Shown: positions 12,501-26,317 of the stretch, piece by piece
Numbering within the stretch: position 1 is the first letter of the stretch
Layout of the letters: each line of letters starts with the position of its first letter
NCBI GenBank assembly: GCA_032718475.1
Contig: JAUCBJ010003461.1
Coordinates: 1 to 61,548 of the forward strand
Reading direction: 5' to 3'
Source: Nemertoderma westbladi
Taxonomy: Eukaryota > Animalia > Xenacoelomorpha
Length of the DNA stretch: 61,548 nucleotides
Translations under genes and position numbers: made by a program
Notes under the pieces: model-generated
The model's database searches: none
Seen by the model: the letters and a program-made list of their open reading frames with translations, nothing else
What the model was told of the DNA's origin: nothing

Positions 12501-13754
12501 TATTTGAGCTGGGTATTACATTAGTATTAGGATTACACTATTAACAATTACAGAATTAATTATACTATTAAGGACAAGAAATCACACCAAACAACCAAAT
12601 CACAAACCAAATAAAACAACAAATCACAAACCAAATCACAAACCAAATCATAAAAAAATAACCGCAAGCAAAACCAATTATCTGGGTGTGAAGACTCAAT
12701 GATTCTAATATCGTCATGTACGTGGTTTATTACATTTAAAAATTAGCTGAAATACTACGAGAATACAATGGAATAAGCCTGCCACGTACCAGTAAGGATT
12801 CCAATTCCAGATTTCAATATCTCCAAAGCTACGACAGGCCTACTCCAAAAGATCAATTGAAAAAAACATTGAATTTTAAACTCTACCGGTAGGCCCTATT
12901 CCAAAACTTTAATTTTAATAAAAAATAAAAACGAAGTAGAAATTTCAACTCCACAAGTTCCCCCGACTAACTAAAAACATAACTCCAATGCATACAATGT
13001 AACGCTCTAACAGGCCTATTATTTGTATTTTCATTACCGGCAGACCGCCAGGGATTAAGCCTAGTGCAGTATTTACTGACTTACTACAGCAGTACTTCAA
13101 TTGTACATAGTTCCAGTAGAACGGCAATAAGCAATACAATAAGGAGACTGCAATACTAAAGCTAAAGCCACAATACTAGAATCAGAACAATATCTGAATG
13201 TAAAGTTTAAATTACATAAACACTACAAACTATTTAATTACACTGGCCTAATTTAAATGTGGCATGCCTTTTATACTGTATTACTATTTAATATTATTAA
13301 TTATCACCTGTCTAGCGCCATTTACTCAATGGAAATAGAGTTGACAATGAAATGTTATTATTTAAAATCTCAAACATGACTAAATAGCTATAATCTAACA
13401 ACCAATGATTAGCCTGGGTTCTATCATTACACCTATCATATATTGTATTAAGTTGGTATGTATAGTGTGCTGTTACTAACAAACACCCTTCAACCAAACC
13501 AACACATCACTGACTTACAAAACCAATATCAATCACTAATTATCACATGTACACAGCCCGTAACCAGAATCCCAGTGAATCACCAGTGGCATGTCATTTA
13601 TTGCTCAGGCCTACAGCTAACCTAAAGACGTACAGTGACTACTAAATGCATGATGCAGTGGATATACATTAGAATGATGAGTGTCAATTGCTTCATAAAC
13701 TAATAAATATCAATCCACTTTGAATATGAGGTACACTAATTCATAGTAAATAAT

Positions 13755-15159
13755 GGCAGTGATTTTTTATGTCCTTTTATTTGACTTTTTTTCTCATTTT
13801 TTTTTTACTAATTATGCATAATGACTTTTGTTGTCCTTTTAATAAATTTTATTGTCCTTTTAATGACTTTTTATGTATGATTTCTGGACTGTCAGACATA
13901 ATTGATTTCACTATGCCTGTGCCAAAACATTCCATGATTCCATGATTTATAGACTATGAGATAGATTTCCATATGCGCCAATGTTAAAAAGACTCTATAT
14001 TTAATAGTTTGTGGTTGTTGTCGATAATCGATTACCACATAACGTAGCAAAACACTCATTTTATAGCCAAAAACAATTAGCAATTGATGGAAAAGAGCAG
14101 GTTAAGGCCGGAGTTTTCTCAGGTTACAAAAGCGGGATTTTCTAACCAAAACAATAAATGATCGATCACTTAACTAATTGAGAGAAACGGACAGGTTACA
14201 GAGGCGGAATTTTCTAACCAAAACAATAAACTATCACTTAACTAATTGAAGGAAAGGAGCAGGTTACAGAGGCGGGATTTTCTAACCAAAACAATAAACG
14301 ATCATTTAACTAAATAAGGGAAAGGGGCAGGTTACAGAGGCGGGATTTTCTAACCAAAATAATAAACGATCATTTAACTAATTGAGGGAAAGGGGCAGGT
14401 TACAGAGGCGGGATTTTCTAACCAAAACAATAAACGATCATTTAACTAATTGAGGGAAATGAGCAGGTTACAGAGACGGGATTTTCTAACCAAAACAATA
14501 AACGATAACATTACCAATTGAGAGAAAGGAGCACGTTACAGAGGCGGGATTTTCTAACCAAAACAATAAACGATAACATTACCAATTGAGGGAAAAGAGC
14601 AGGTTACAGACGCGGGATTATCTAACCAAAACAATAAAAGATCATTTAACTAATTGAGGGAAAGGGGCAGGTTACAGAGCAGGGCCTTCTGTGCTGTTGG
14701 AAGTAAGTGGTCCCGCTATCCTTAACACTACTCAGACAGTAGTCATGATCCATTATTGATTATAAAACTAATACAGAGTAATAGGCCTAAATTATGTGAA
14801 AGGTATATCCACATTTTCCACAATCCTGCAATCCAGTTTGGCCTATCAATTATTTAAAATTTATTAGCACAACCGGTAGGCCTACCATTACCGTATTTAA
14901 ATGGTAGGCTACACAGTAGGCCTATAGCAGTACCGGTGCCGCTACCCGTACTAAAATACAGAAAAACCTGCTTTATACCTACATCTGTACATACAATACA
15001 GCAAAATAGTGCTATATATACTAATACCGGTACTGATAGCCCGAGAGAACAGCAGTAGAGAAACCGGTAGCATGGAACCTAACATTAGACTTTTGGAGGA
15101 CATAAAAAATAAAAAAAAGGACAAAAAAATTATTTAAACGGACAATAAACATTATTGCG
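13755..15159 (+). mobile_element. Non-autonomous Mutator-like (MULE) element, copy 1, with an internal 68-bp tandem array
   Basis: Imperfect TIRs ggcagtgattttttatgtcc ... ggacaataaacattattgcg, same family as 18974-20500 and 38888-39755. No TSD on this copy. Confidence 0.8.
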
Positions 15160-15624
15160 TTATTTAAAATCTCAATCATGACTAAACAGCTATAATCTAA
15201 CAACCAATGATTACACCTACACTAACAAACACCCTTCAACGAAACAAACGTATCACTGATTTACAAAATCAATATCAATCACTAATTATCACATGTACAC
15301 AGCCCATAACTAGAATCCCAGTGAATCATCAGTGGCATATCATTTATTGCTCAGGCTACAGCTAAACTAAAGACGTACTGTGACTACTAAATGCATGATG
15401 CAGTGGATATACATTAGAATGATGGGTGTCCAATTGCTTCATAAACTAATAAATATCAATCCATTTTGAATATGAGGTACACTAATTCGTAGTAAATGAT
15501 AGTTAAAACGTGTAACTAGAGTATGAAGTTTAATAAAGTAGCAGGTTTGCAGACGTACGAAGACAAAACTAAAACAAATAAACGATAGTTAACAGTTGTT
15601 GAAGATTATGCAGCTTAGTAACTA

Positions 15625-16850
15625 CTACCACTGGGATCAGCATGCTGCATTGCAGCTACATTTTTAAGAATGCTGTGCCGTCTTATCGACAAAATCGCAC
15701 GGCCACAACTTCCTATCACCCATGAGATTTGCTAGATCATCCGCATCTTCAAGGCCAGTGTCCTTTAAGATGCGTCTCAAGAAAGTCATGGGCTGTCCAT
15801 CATGCTTATTCACTGCATGAGGCTGCCAAAGTACAAAATTATTCACTGGTTGGTCCTCACGGCGAATGCAATGTCCTGCAAAGCGGAGGGAATTTTGTTC
15901 TAGTGTCAAGCTTGGGGGAACAAATGAGACACCTCCAATATTATATAGTGTCTGGTTGGAGATGTGTGCATTGTACTTGACACAATGAACCCAGCGTATG
16001 TGCATGTGCCATCCCGAGATTTCGTGTCCTCAGCAGTTGGAGCACAGCATGGACTCCCATAGAGGAGTACCGGAACTACTGCTGCTCTAAATAATCGGAC
16101 CTTAGTTTCCGATTAATTCTCGGTGACTTCCAAATCCTGGAAAGCCTATTCAAGGATGCCCATGCCTTTCCCTTACGTATTCGAAGGTCCTCATCTGACT
16201 TCCAGATCTATCACCATAGATAACAGAAGTCGTCCACATGCTCAAGCATACCATCTTTTGAGCTTATGCTCATCCGATCAGAGACTTGCTGAGGACTTTC
16301 AAAGTTAACTGTCAAAATTTTGGTCTTTCTGGAGTTAATAAAATGAGCAACACTAAAAGCAGCATGTTCTAATGAGCTGAGGAGCCGTTGGGCTCCCTCT
16401 AGTGATTCTGAGAGTACTCCTAAGTCATCACCAAAGTCTAGATCAGTTAGGTACTTGGTAGGATTTCCTCGACTTCTGGAGCCAATAGATGGAGTTATCA
16501 TCACCCCATCATCATTATAATGATCTAAGGACATGCGTAGAACATAGTCAACCACAATTATGAACAAGAATGGTGCAAGTGGGTCTCCCTGGAAAACGCC
16601 CCATAACACTTCAACTGGTTCTGTGTCACCGTCAACAGTAGACACAAATGTTGTCGAACCATCGCATACTGATCTGATTGCTACAATAATTTCATCAGGA
16701 ATACCATATAATGAAAGTATGCTGAACATACGTGAGCGAGAGACTGAATCAAAGGCCTAGAAGAAGTCAACAAAGATAACAGCCAGATGACTGTCTTTCT
16801 TTTTTGATAACTCTTCAATTATCCTTCTAAGTGCCAAAATGGGCTCCATG
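15625..16850 (-). pseudogene. 5'-truncated, disrupted non-LTR retrotransposon RT (RTE-like clade)
   Basis: RT motifs ALRRIIEE, VDFF*AFDSV, GVFQGDPLAPFLFIIVVDYVL, DLDFGDD and DDFCYL, with stops and frameshifts. Confidence 0.92.
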
Positions 16851-17559
16851 GTCATGGTGCCACGATCAGGGCGATTGAGCACGTCTTCTTCCCCGATTCA
16901 GCGCAATTCTCCACCATCTACTCTATTATTCCAATAACAAAACTAATTATATAATCACAAAAAGTGTAAACCTATCTTTATATTTATATTATATATTATA
17001 TTTGTATATATTTGTAAACCAGTGTTTATTTTGCAATATATTTTATAATATATAGTACATTTTTAAAAATAATTCTATTATAATTTAACTGATTAAAATT
17101 AAATAAATTAATTATACGTAATGTTTTCATACAAATATTAATACTTGTAGAACTAAAAATAATATATTGGATTTGAATAAATTGTAATTATATTCGCTAC
17201 TTCTGTTAAAAGTTTACAGATTAGAGTTTCCTACAACCTGGTTAGGATTGGTTACTTAAACTTTAATTAATAACTTAACATTTAAATAATCTCAAAACAA
17301 TAGATGATAAAGTGCCACTGTCAATGAAAGTATTGTAATTTATTTTATTGTTTGACATTGCTTAATTAACTTATTGCTTTAAAGTTAATCACAGTGTTGG
17401 AAGAGGGGCAGTACGACAGCAAGGAACTCAAAATAAATATATTATACAATTATTAATTGTAATTAAACCACCATATACATTTAACCATATACATTGAATA
17501 TATGTACAACAAAACATATACTACAATAGCTGCAATACTATACAAACGTAGTAACAGTA

Positions 17560-18138
17560 CTAAATACTCATCGGCGGAGAGGGTGGAGGCTGAGTATGTT
17601 TAAAGTTTTTCATATGTTCCATACTCAAAGACATACACCAAGTACCATACATGCACTCGGGACGATTGTCCACGTCGCCTGATTCCGAACAGTTATCGAC
17701 AACTTCTTCGGATTCAGATCGATTTTCAACCAACACCTCCTGGTCATCCTCCTCCGACTCAGGACAGAACAAAGTCTCATCTCTCTCTTCACTGTTGATT
17801 GAATAAAAGAAAATCTCCTCGTCACTCTCCATATCAGTACGTAAAATTGTAAAGGTATGGGTCGGTGGTGGTAATAAAGATATTTTATCTTTATTCTTCA
17901 GTTCTTTCCAACAGTTTCTCTCCAAGACGTGGAACGCTTCTTCCCCATTTTTTTGAAAAAAAGTTGCGTTCTCGCTTATGGGTTTGACCCATAACTTCCC
18001 GTCACTACTTAAGTTAAGAACTGCATGTTTACGAGAAACTGTAAGATCTCTAATTTGCAGCCATGGGAGCCTACCAATGGTAGTATCCCCCAAGGCGATA
18101 GCAATGGCCGGTTCTTCTTCGCGATAAAGTTTAAACAT
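17560..18138 (-). CDS. APLF: Intronless miniaturised APLF-like protein: FHA domain, acidic linker, single PBZ-type zinc finger
   Basis: GDTTIGRLPWLQIRDLTVSRKHAVL...VKPISEN resembles the APLF FHA (GETVIGRGPLLGITDKRVSRRHAIL...IKPIHTN). RPECMYGTWC-x6-H-x5-H has PBZ spacing. The 192-codon frame is uninterrupted. Confidence 0.82.
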   Translation of the reverse strand: MFKLYREEEPAIAIALGDTTIGRLPWLQIRDLTVSRKHAVLNLSSDGKLWVKPISENATFFQKNGEEAFHVLERNCWKELKNKDKISLLPPPTHTFTILRTDMESDEEIFFYSINSEERDETLFCPESEEDDQEVLVENRSESEEVVDNCSESGDVDNRPECMYGTWCMSLSMEHMKNFKHTQPPPSPPMSI

Positions 18139-18345
18139 TATTATTAAATATCAAGTAAATTAAGTAATAGATTCCTAAAAAAGAACAGAAAGGTACGTCT
18201 TCACAACTATTTTGTAAATTTTTACTTATTATTTTATTACTCTTATTAAAAATATCTTTTAATTGTTGGTAGGGTCTGTTGTTGTAAAGCTAAAGTTCTT
18301 CTTTTTTAAGATCTTTGATAGTAAATTAAACATTTACTAACTATT

Positions 18346-18640
18346 GTGGGGCGAGAAACAAAAGTAAGCGAGCTTAGCATACACGTACCACTAACTCAAT
18401 CGGTGTATCTGATGTTCTGTCGATCTGTTGATATGTCGATCTGTCGATCTCTTGTTCCGTCGTTTTGTTGTTCTGTCGTGTCCAATTTTAAACCTTAATA
18501 ACTCATCCAAATGTTAATGAAATTTAAACAAACTTGGTACACATGTAGTCTAGGAAAAGTTCAGAAATTTTCCTTAAAAATTTTCCAAGTTGAATTTCCG
18601 TGGGGTCTTCGGGCATCATCTGTGTAAGTGTGTTAGAGTT
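18346..18640 (+). mobile_element. Fragment of a Helentron-associated (HINE/DINE-like) short element
   Basis: ggggcgag...taagcgagcttagc start, then a ctgtc-type microsatellite and aaacttggtacacatgt. The same words occur at 32168-32340. Confidence 0.45.
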
Positions 18641-18815
18641 ATAATAAATAAATCTACCCAAAAATAGTAGCGTTGGCATCATCTGGTTGCTAGGAGACTA
18701 CAGGATTACAGTACGGTACAGGTACTGTTAACTGTTAGAGTGGTACATTGTTACAGGTACAATTCAATAGAACTATCCATTCAGCCTTTTATTTTAACAT
18801 TGAATCCCCCTATTT

Positions 18816-20885
18816 ATTATAAAACCATCGGAAATATCCGCAAATGCCACTCCATTACCGTTTAAAACGCTTCCGACAGTGTGATGTATCTGGACCCGAG
18901 CAGCCAAGTCGCATCAAGGTGCGATTAACTGAGGAATAAATACTACGGAATTGTTTGCTAGTCAGTAAGATTCGGCAGTGATTTTTTATGTCCTTTTATT
19001 TGACTTTTTTTGTCATTTATTTTTTACGAATTATGCATAATGACTTTTGTTGTCCTTTTAATGACTTTTATTGTCCTTTTAATGATTTTTTATGTATGTA
19101 TTTCTTCAAGCTGTCAGACTGCTGATTTCTGGACTGTCAGACAGTTGATTTCACTATGCCTGTGCCAAAACATTCCATGATCCCATGATTTATAGACTTT
19201 GAGATAGATTTCCATATCCGCCTGTGGTAAAAAGACTCTATATTTAATAGTTTGTGATTGTTGGCGATAATCGATTTGCACATGACGTAGCAAAACACTC
19301 ATTTTATAGCCAAAAACAATTACCAATTGATGGAAAGGAGCAGGTTAAGGCCGAGTTTTCTAACCAAACCAATAAACAGTCACTTTACCAAATCAGGGAA
19401 AGGAGCAGGTTACAGAGACGGGATTTTCTAACCAAAACAATAAACGATCACTTAACTAATTGAAGGAAAGGAGCAGGTTACAGAGGCGGGATTTTTTAAC
19501 CAAAACAATAAACGATCACTTAACTAATTGAGGGAAAGGAGCAGGTTACAAAGACGGGATTTTCTAACCAAAACAATAAACGATCACTTAACTAATTGAG
19601 GGAAAGGAGCAGGTTACAGAGGCGGGATTTTCTAACCAAAACAATAAACGATCACTTAACTTATTGAGGGAAAAGAACAGGTTACAGAGGCGGGATTTTC
19701 TAACCAAAACAATAAACAATTATTTAACTAATTTAGGGAAAGGGACAGGTTACAGAGGCGGAATTTTCTAACCAAAACAATAAATGATCACTTAACTAAT
19801 TGAGGGAAAGGAGCAGGTTACAGAGGCGGGATTTTCTAACCAAAACAATAAACGTTCATTTAACTATAATTGAGGTAAAGGGGCAGGTTACAGAGGCGGG
19901 CCTTTCTAACCAAAACAATAAACGGTCACTTTACCAATTCAGGTAAAAGAGCAGGTTACAGAGGCGGGATTTTCTAACCAAAACAATAAACGATCATTTA
20001 ACCAATTGAGGGAAAGGGGCAGGTTACAGAGGCGGGATTTTCTAGCTAAAACAATAAACGATCATTTAACTAATTGATGGAAAGGAGCAGGTTACAGAGA
20101 CGATAAAAATAATACAGTAATAGGCCTAAATTATGTGAAAGGTATATCCACATTTTCCACAATCCTGCAATCCAGTTTGGCCTATCAATTATTTAAAATT
20201 TATTAGCACAACCGGTAGGCCTACCATTACCGTATTTAAATGGTTGGCTATACAGTTGGCCTATAGCTGTACCGGTGCCGGTACCGGTACTAAAATACAG
20301 AAATACCTGTTTTATACCTACATATGTACATACAATACAGCAAAATAGTGCTATATATACTAATACCGGTACTGATAGCCTGAGAGAACAGCAGTAGAGA
20401 AACCGGTAGCATGGAACCTAACATTAGACTTTTGGAGGACATAAAAATCAACAAAAAAAGGACAAAAAAAGGATTTAAACGGACAATAAAAATTATTGCT
20501 GTAAGATTCTATTACTACACCAGGAATTCGGCGGGCGGTCGGATCGTAATGCGGACCACTGCCAAGTTCCTCATGTCTCACTCAGTCATGTCTCACTTCC
20601 AATGCGGTGGGAAGAGTCCGATTTACGTCGATAACTAGACGAACCGACGAGGATTGCGATCTGGGTTTAGAGGCGGCACGGACAGCCAGAACCTGGGATC
20701 GCCCGGTGGGAAATTGTTTAAAGTCGGGCAGACGTGTATTGCACCGGATTATGTTCTCTACCACGCGAAAGTGTGAGGAAAATTCGTTGATGACCGGATG
20801 GATTAGGACGAAGGCTGCGGGAATTCTACTGCTCTACGGGAATAAACCGAAGCTGTCCGGTGGTTACGTACTGATACTGAGATGA
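18816..20885 (+). pseudogene. Decayed intronless aldehyde dehydrogenase (ALDH3-family) copy split by a MULE insertion
   Basis: Manual translation gives IIKPSEISANAT..LP..YLD (from 18816). After the insertion: NSAGGRIVMRTTAKFL, GGKSPIYVD (20606), GQTCIAPDYVL (20726), LREFY and GNKPKLSGGYVLIL. The motif order is that of ALDH3, with several stops and indels. Confidence 0.85.
18974..20500 (+). mobile_element. Non-autonomous Mutator-like element, copy 2, with a 9-bp TSD and about 11 internal 68-bp repeats
   Basis: TSD gtaagattc at 18965-18973 and 20501-20509. TIRs ggcagtgatttttt... / ...aaaaattattgct. Confidence 0.92.
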
Positions 20886-21384
20886 GCAGTTATTTCGATC
20901 GAGTTTCTCGGATTCTCGATTTTCTCTAATTCTCGATATTTCCTATAAATCGCATGGCTTCGCATATTGAACGTGTGATTGGAAATAAGTTTGTGCTACC
21001 CTTCCGCCCCGTGGGTGGTAGATGTCGCGGTTATGTATTGGTTGGTAGGAAAGGGGGGGGGGGGGGGGGGGGGGGTGTAGATCAAAAGTGCTGAACACGT
21101 ACTGTCACCCTTTCTTTGATTGATTGGTGGTATGGGTAAATTTCTCAAATACTGATTTTGTGATATAGTCGTTCAATTTTCATTTGTATCTCATAACTGG
21201 GCCTCGTCCTGCGCGAAGGCCCCACAAACGTATACACTAGTTACTATTATACAGAAGGGGAAAGTGGAAGTAAAAAACGCCTTGGATGAATTTTTATTGC
21301 GTGCAGTTTCACCGCCCCCCTATCTGACAGAGCACTATTTCGTTAAAGTTATAATTAGTTCTAATTAAGTAATAATATAATTTA

Positions 21385-23945
21385 ATATAATTTTGCACTG
21401 CTTTGACTACTACTGTAGTATAATGATGTAATAATTATATAAGTCATTGTTCATAATTTAGCACATTATAGTGTTTAGGCGCGAATAATATAATGAGGGT
21501 TCTAAAAGCTTTAGTGTACAAATAATGAACAATGGTGAATATTAATTTATTTATTTGTGGGGAATTAGTTCGACACTTTAATTTTCAAGAAAAACCTAAA
21601 AGTAAGGCGGTGACATACTGGATAAACTGGAAATACATTAATTTATTTAACGCGAAATATATTTCACACAAAAAAATAAAACATTTATATGATCTAGAGT
21701 ACTAAGTGTAAAATATTATTTAAAAATATTGAGGCTCAGACACTAAATTTGTCATGACTTTTTACGGCATACATGATTTTTCTAAAGTTGCGTTCAAAAC
21801 TTTTCAAATTCATTGCTTTTTCAAAATATTTAATACAATTTAAGGGATACACAAAAAATATTTTATTTTACTTTTTTCGCCGGGAAAAAAGTAAAATCAA
21901 TGGATTCCTATGTATTACATTTTTCCGTAAAGAACAAAACTTTAACTTCTTCTCCCGATTTTTGTCTAAACTCGAAAAAAAATTAATTATTGAAGAAAAA
22001 AGATACATTAAGTTAAATATATAATAGTTCTACTGCAGCTCTACTGTAGATCTACTGTAGCACAGTTCTACTGCACATAAAAAAAGTATACCTAGAAAAA
22101 CTATTATTTATTGAAAAATAACAATTTTTAAATTTTGAATTGCCTTTTATAGAAAACGGAACCCTATTTTTGTAATTTTATTGAAATTTTTGATGATAGA
22201 AAGAGATTCTCATTGGCTATTAATCTTGTTATCACTTCATCAATAATGAAGTCATTCTTTGACCTAATATCAATGGCATTTCACCTTTGTGGTTTCCTTC
22301 TATAAGACGGTTTCTATTATGCAATACGCATCAATAAAGTGACTCATATTCCCTTCTCAACACAAATTTCCATAACCTATTACAGTTGGAAATGAGCCAC
22401 TAAGCACAACACGAGCATCCAATAAGCATGACTCACACACATATAAAGCCGTACCATAAATGTACATGAGGGCAGTAACACAAGCCTATAAAAGAAACAA
22501 CATGACTCATATCCTCCATTCCTTAAAGGCAGTCGCCAGAACCACACAGTGTGTTAGGTTGCCCTTCTTAATAAATGCCACTTATTTATTTGTTTTAATT
22601 TCTTGTGAAACTCTTGTTTTTCTGTACATGACTACTACATAAACTAACATTAACTAACATTACACTATCTCCCTTACAACAACAATTACTTTTAAAATTT
22701 ACTATTTGGGGGGGGGGGGGGTTAATTCGCTTTATTGTGCGATCCCAAGATCTTCATTTACATTATGACATTCATTCATCACCACTTATATTCATACTAC
22801 TACTAATATAAGGATCTGTATGCTGCATTGCAGCTGCATTTGAATAATGATCTGCCGGTTTGTTTACAAAATTCCATTGCGACAACTCCGTATCAGCCAT
22901 GACATTTGCTAGATCATCCGCATCTTCAAAGCCAGTGTCCTTTAACATGCGTCTTAAGAAAGTCATGGATTGTCCACCATTCTTATTCACTATATGAGTC
23001 TGCCAAACCACAAAATTATGCACTGTCTTGTCCTGACGGCGATAGCAATGTCTTGGAAAGCGGAGGCGGTTTTATTATACGTGTATTCTATACATGTTAT
23101 ATAGTGTATGATTGAAAATGTAAGCATTGCACTTGACACAATGAAGGCGGCGTAGCATTCTTGTGAATGTGCCATCAAGAGATTTGGTGTCCTCACCTGT
23201 TAGATCCTAGCATGGAATCCCATAAAGGAATAATGGAACTATTGCTGCTTTAAATAATCTGACGCTAATTTTCAGATTATTGCTATGACATTTAGAAATC
23301 CTGGAAAGCCTATTTAAGGCTAGCCGGGTTTTTCCCTTACGTATTCAAAAGTCCTAAAGTCACTTCCAGATCCATGATCCCATGTAACAGAAGTTATCAA
23401 CATGCTCTAGCATACAATCCTTTGCTCCCTTAAAACAACAATAATTACTGTTAACATTTACTATTAGGGGGAGGGGGGGGTTGTTAATTCGCTTTATTGT
23501 ATACATTTACTGTTCGGGGGGTGGGGGGGGGGGGGGTTGGTGGTAGGGGAGGGTGTTAAGTCGCTTCAAAACATTATGTCATTTATGAAGATACCCCAAC
23601 ATTTAGCATGCAACTGCATTACAAAAATAGCGTTGCAATAAACAACCATATTCTAAGAATATTTAAAAAATTTTAATAACCCCATACCCCTAATGATCAG
23701 TAACACATATTAAATAAACAATATCAATTCCTAGTGGTGATCCATAGACATAAATTAATCTTTTAAATAGTACTCATTTTAATCTTCATCCACATAATTT
23801 GTCTGTCCTGCGGAATAAATAATTAATATAATTAATTGTATTCTCAAAAAACGCGCAAATTTATCCATTTTAAATTCACATAGCCACTTGTGCAATTATT
23901 GAGATTAAATGTGTATTTCAATGCATTTAAAATCACCCTCCATAT
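21385..23945. repeat. Dispersed duplication block A (partner ~45835-49880)
   Basis: Colinear matches: 22141 vs 46820 (tgccttttatagaaaacggaaccc), 22540 vs 48180, and 23800 vs 49735 (tgtctgtcctgcggaataaat). Confidence 0.85.
22795..23425 (-). pseudogene. Decayed 3' fragment of the same RTE-like LINE
   Basis: MTFLRRMLKDTGFEDADDLANVM, and the shared 3' end tgctgcattgcagctgc followed by a (tag)n tail. Confidence 0.85.
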
Positions 23946-24889
23946 AATAAACCAAAGTAATGTTTCTACAAATTGATAATGAGATAATGTTTTTTTCAAA
24001 TATTATTCTCAGGGACAATGTTATTTCATTGCCGGTATTATTCACCACATAATTGTTATAGGTTATGTAAAGAGACTATATTGTCATTGCAACTAATAGG
24101 TACATTGAGAGGAATATTGTACGACGGTTGAAGGTTTATCTATTGTGTTCTAGCCATTGTGTTTATTTGATGACCTCTACACTTTACATTGGTGTAATGA
24201 ATTTCATAAAGGTGATAATTGATTTTCGCCCACAAACTTTAATCTAGCCAATAATGCCGTATATTGTTTTGAATTTTAACCAATCCTAGTATTAATCATG
24301 TTTGAGTTTAACTTTTGACAACTTCAAACAGGCCTAATGAAGAAATGTTTCTATAAAATAAAAAAGTATTGTTTGAGTATTGTTACAATAGTCCTACAAT
24401 AGTCCTACAGTAAGTTATTAGATTATGAATTATTTACTATTTATACAGTAATTACGTTTTATATTAAATTGTTCTGTACATTACATCGTTATCGTTGAGT
24501 CGGACATTGTCACGCTCTCCGTAAAGTTGTACAAGTACATAATGTAATTACGTTTTATATTACTGTAGTTTTAAGTTAGCGTAGTGTAATATTGTATTTG
24601 TAACCAAGTAACATAAAGGACCGGCTTGGAAATAAGCTGCAAAGCTTTAGGCGTTATCTTATATGTAATGTTGGACAATACCTTTATACCGGTACATTCT
24701 TTGCTTTATTTGTTATTCTGGCATCTTGATCACGTTAGCCCTCTTGAACCATTTTGGAGAGGACAGTGACACATCTGTGTGTAACTTTCAACAAATCAAA
24801 TGGCACAGATCACGAATGCATTAATACTAGTAATATTCTTTATATCTGTCTTATTCCTTAGATAATGTTACCGCCGCTTTAAATAAATC

Positions 24890-25930
24890 TTGGCTGTTGT
24901 TCTGTCGGTCTTTCTGTCAATAAGTCTGTCAAAATTAAAAAGAATACAAACTAACTAACATTCTCACTATGAGGGTTTAAGGTGTGTGTATAACTTTTCG
25001 CAGTATCCGTATGCATTTGCCGTATCCGTATGCACATACACGTATGTGGGTATGTAATGGATTCCTATGAAGAATAATCCATATGTGATTTTTAACATTA
25101 TGCATTGCAGACCAGTAAGAAATGCACAATACACATGCAGAGTGAAGACAGGTCGGCCTACTTAAATTCATATTAACTTTAACTTTATTCTTTATTATAA
25201 ATCATAATATATTCACGATAATGTAATTATTTCCAAACTAATTTAATAATGAAAACTATAAATATCAGTGTAGTGTAGTATTCCTGTATCTCAATCAATT
25301 ATACTGCAAACATAATCCAATTTATATAATATTATTTGCAGCTATCCAGATGTAATTGCTATTCGAGGTTATATTTAGACAACTAATTATCACATTTCGC
25401 CGTTTGATTTCTTTAGAATAGAATTCATTTTGTTCGACTTGCACTCTTATTTATTTAGATGTGCAAACTGAAAAACATGGTTTTTATTTCTCTTACATCG
25501 TGTAGGAGTAGGTTCAAGACGTAGTGCGTATTTTTTGTTAGAAGAACGCTGATTTAATTTCTAATGTCAATTTTCAGGTTTACATAAATCTAGTCTGTCT
25601 GTTTATCGATCTGTCGGTCTTTTTGTGAGTCACTCAATCTGTAAAAACTTAAAAAATAATACAAACTAAGTAAAAATCTCCCTATGGGGGTTTTAATGGT
25701 TGCTATTTTCATTTCAGAAGTCAATTTTCACGTTTAAAAAATATAGTCTGTCTGGCTGTTAGTATGTCCGTCTTTCTGTCAGACAGTCTGTAAAAACTTA
25801 ATAAAGTATACAAACTAACTAACATTCTCGCCATAGGGCTTTTAAGGGTTGCTGATTTCATTTCTGATATCAGTTTACACGTTTACATAAATCTAGTCTG
25901 TCTGTCTCTCGGTCCTTCCGTCAGTCTGTA
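24890..25930. repeat. Degenerate ~120-130-bp repeats (ctgtctgtc...aaactaactaacattctcgctatggggttt), related to 34340-34950
   Basis: The block recurs at ~24900, 25590, 25745 and 25895. Confidence 0.6.
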
Positions 25931-26317
25931 CTACTGAAAGTAGTTGACATTACACCATATACCTAACACTAATAATACAGTCTACAATACAACCTATCTA
26001 CAGTACATAATGAATTTTTTGCCATAAAGAGCACTAAATGTCGTTAATACTGTACAAAATTCTACCTAGTCGAAGAGCATTCTAATAAAACATGTATCAT
26101 AGCATGACGTCCAATGCACATCTTAATGCTGTTCATGGTGACATGCAGTAGACGTCATAGGCTCTAACGCGTTAATCAACTAATTGTATATACACCTACG
26201 TTTTTTAGCATGAACTATTGAGAGGAAGACATAACGATTTTACATAAGTAGAAGTTATTTGGTAGGCCTAATAAAAAATTAAACACGCAATCAAAAAAAA
26301 CTGACAAATAATAGAAA

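Noticed and set aside
14095-20100. 68-bp arrays (and the 28-, 34- and 111-bp arrays) as CRISPR-like arrays
   Set aside because: The units are contiguous near-copies with no unique spacers, no cas genes are present, and the context is eukaryotic.
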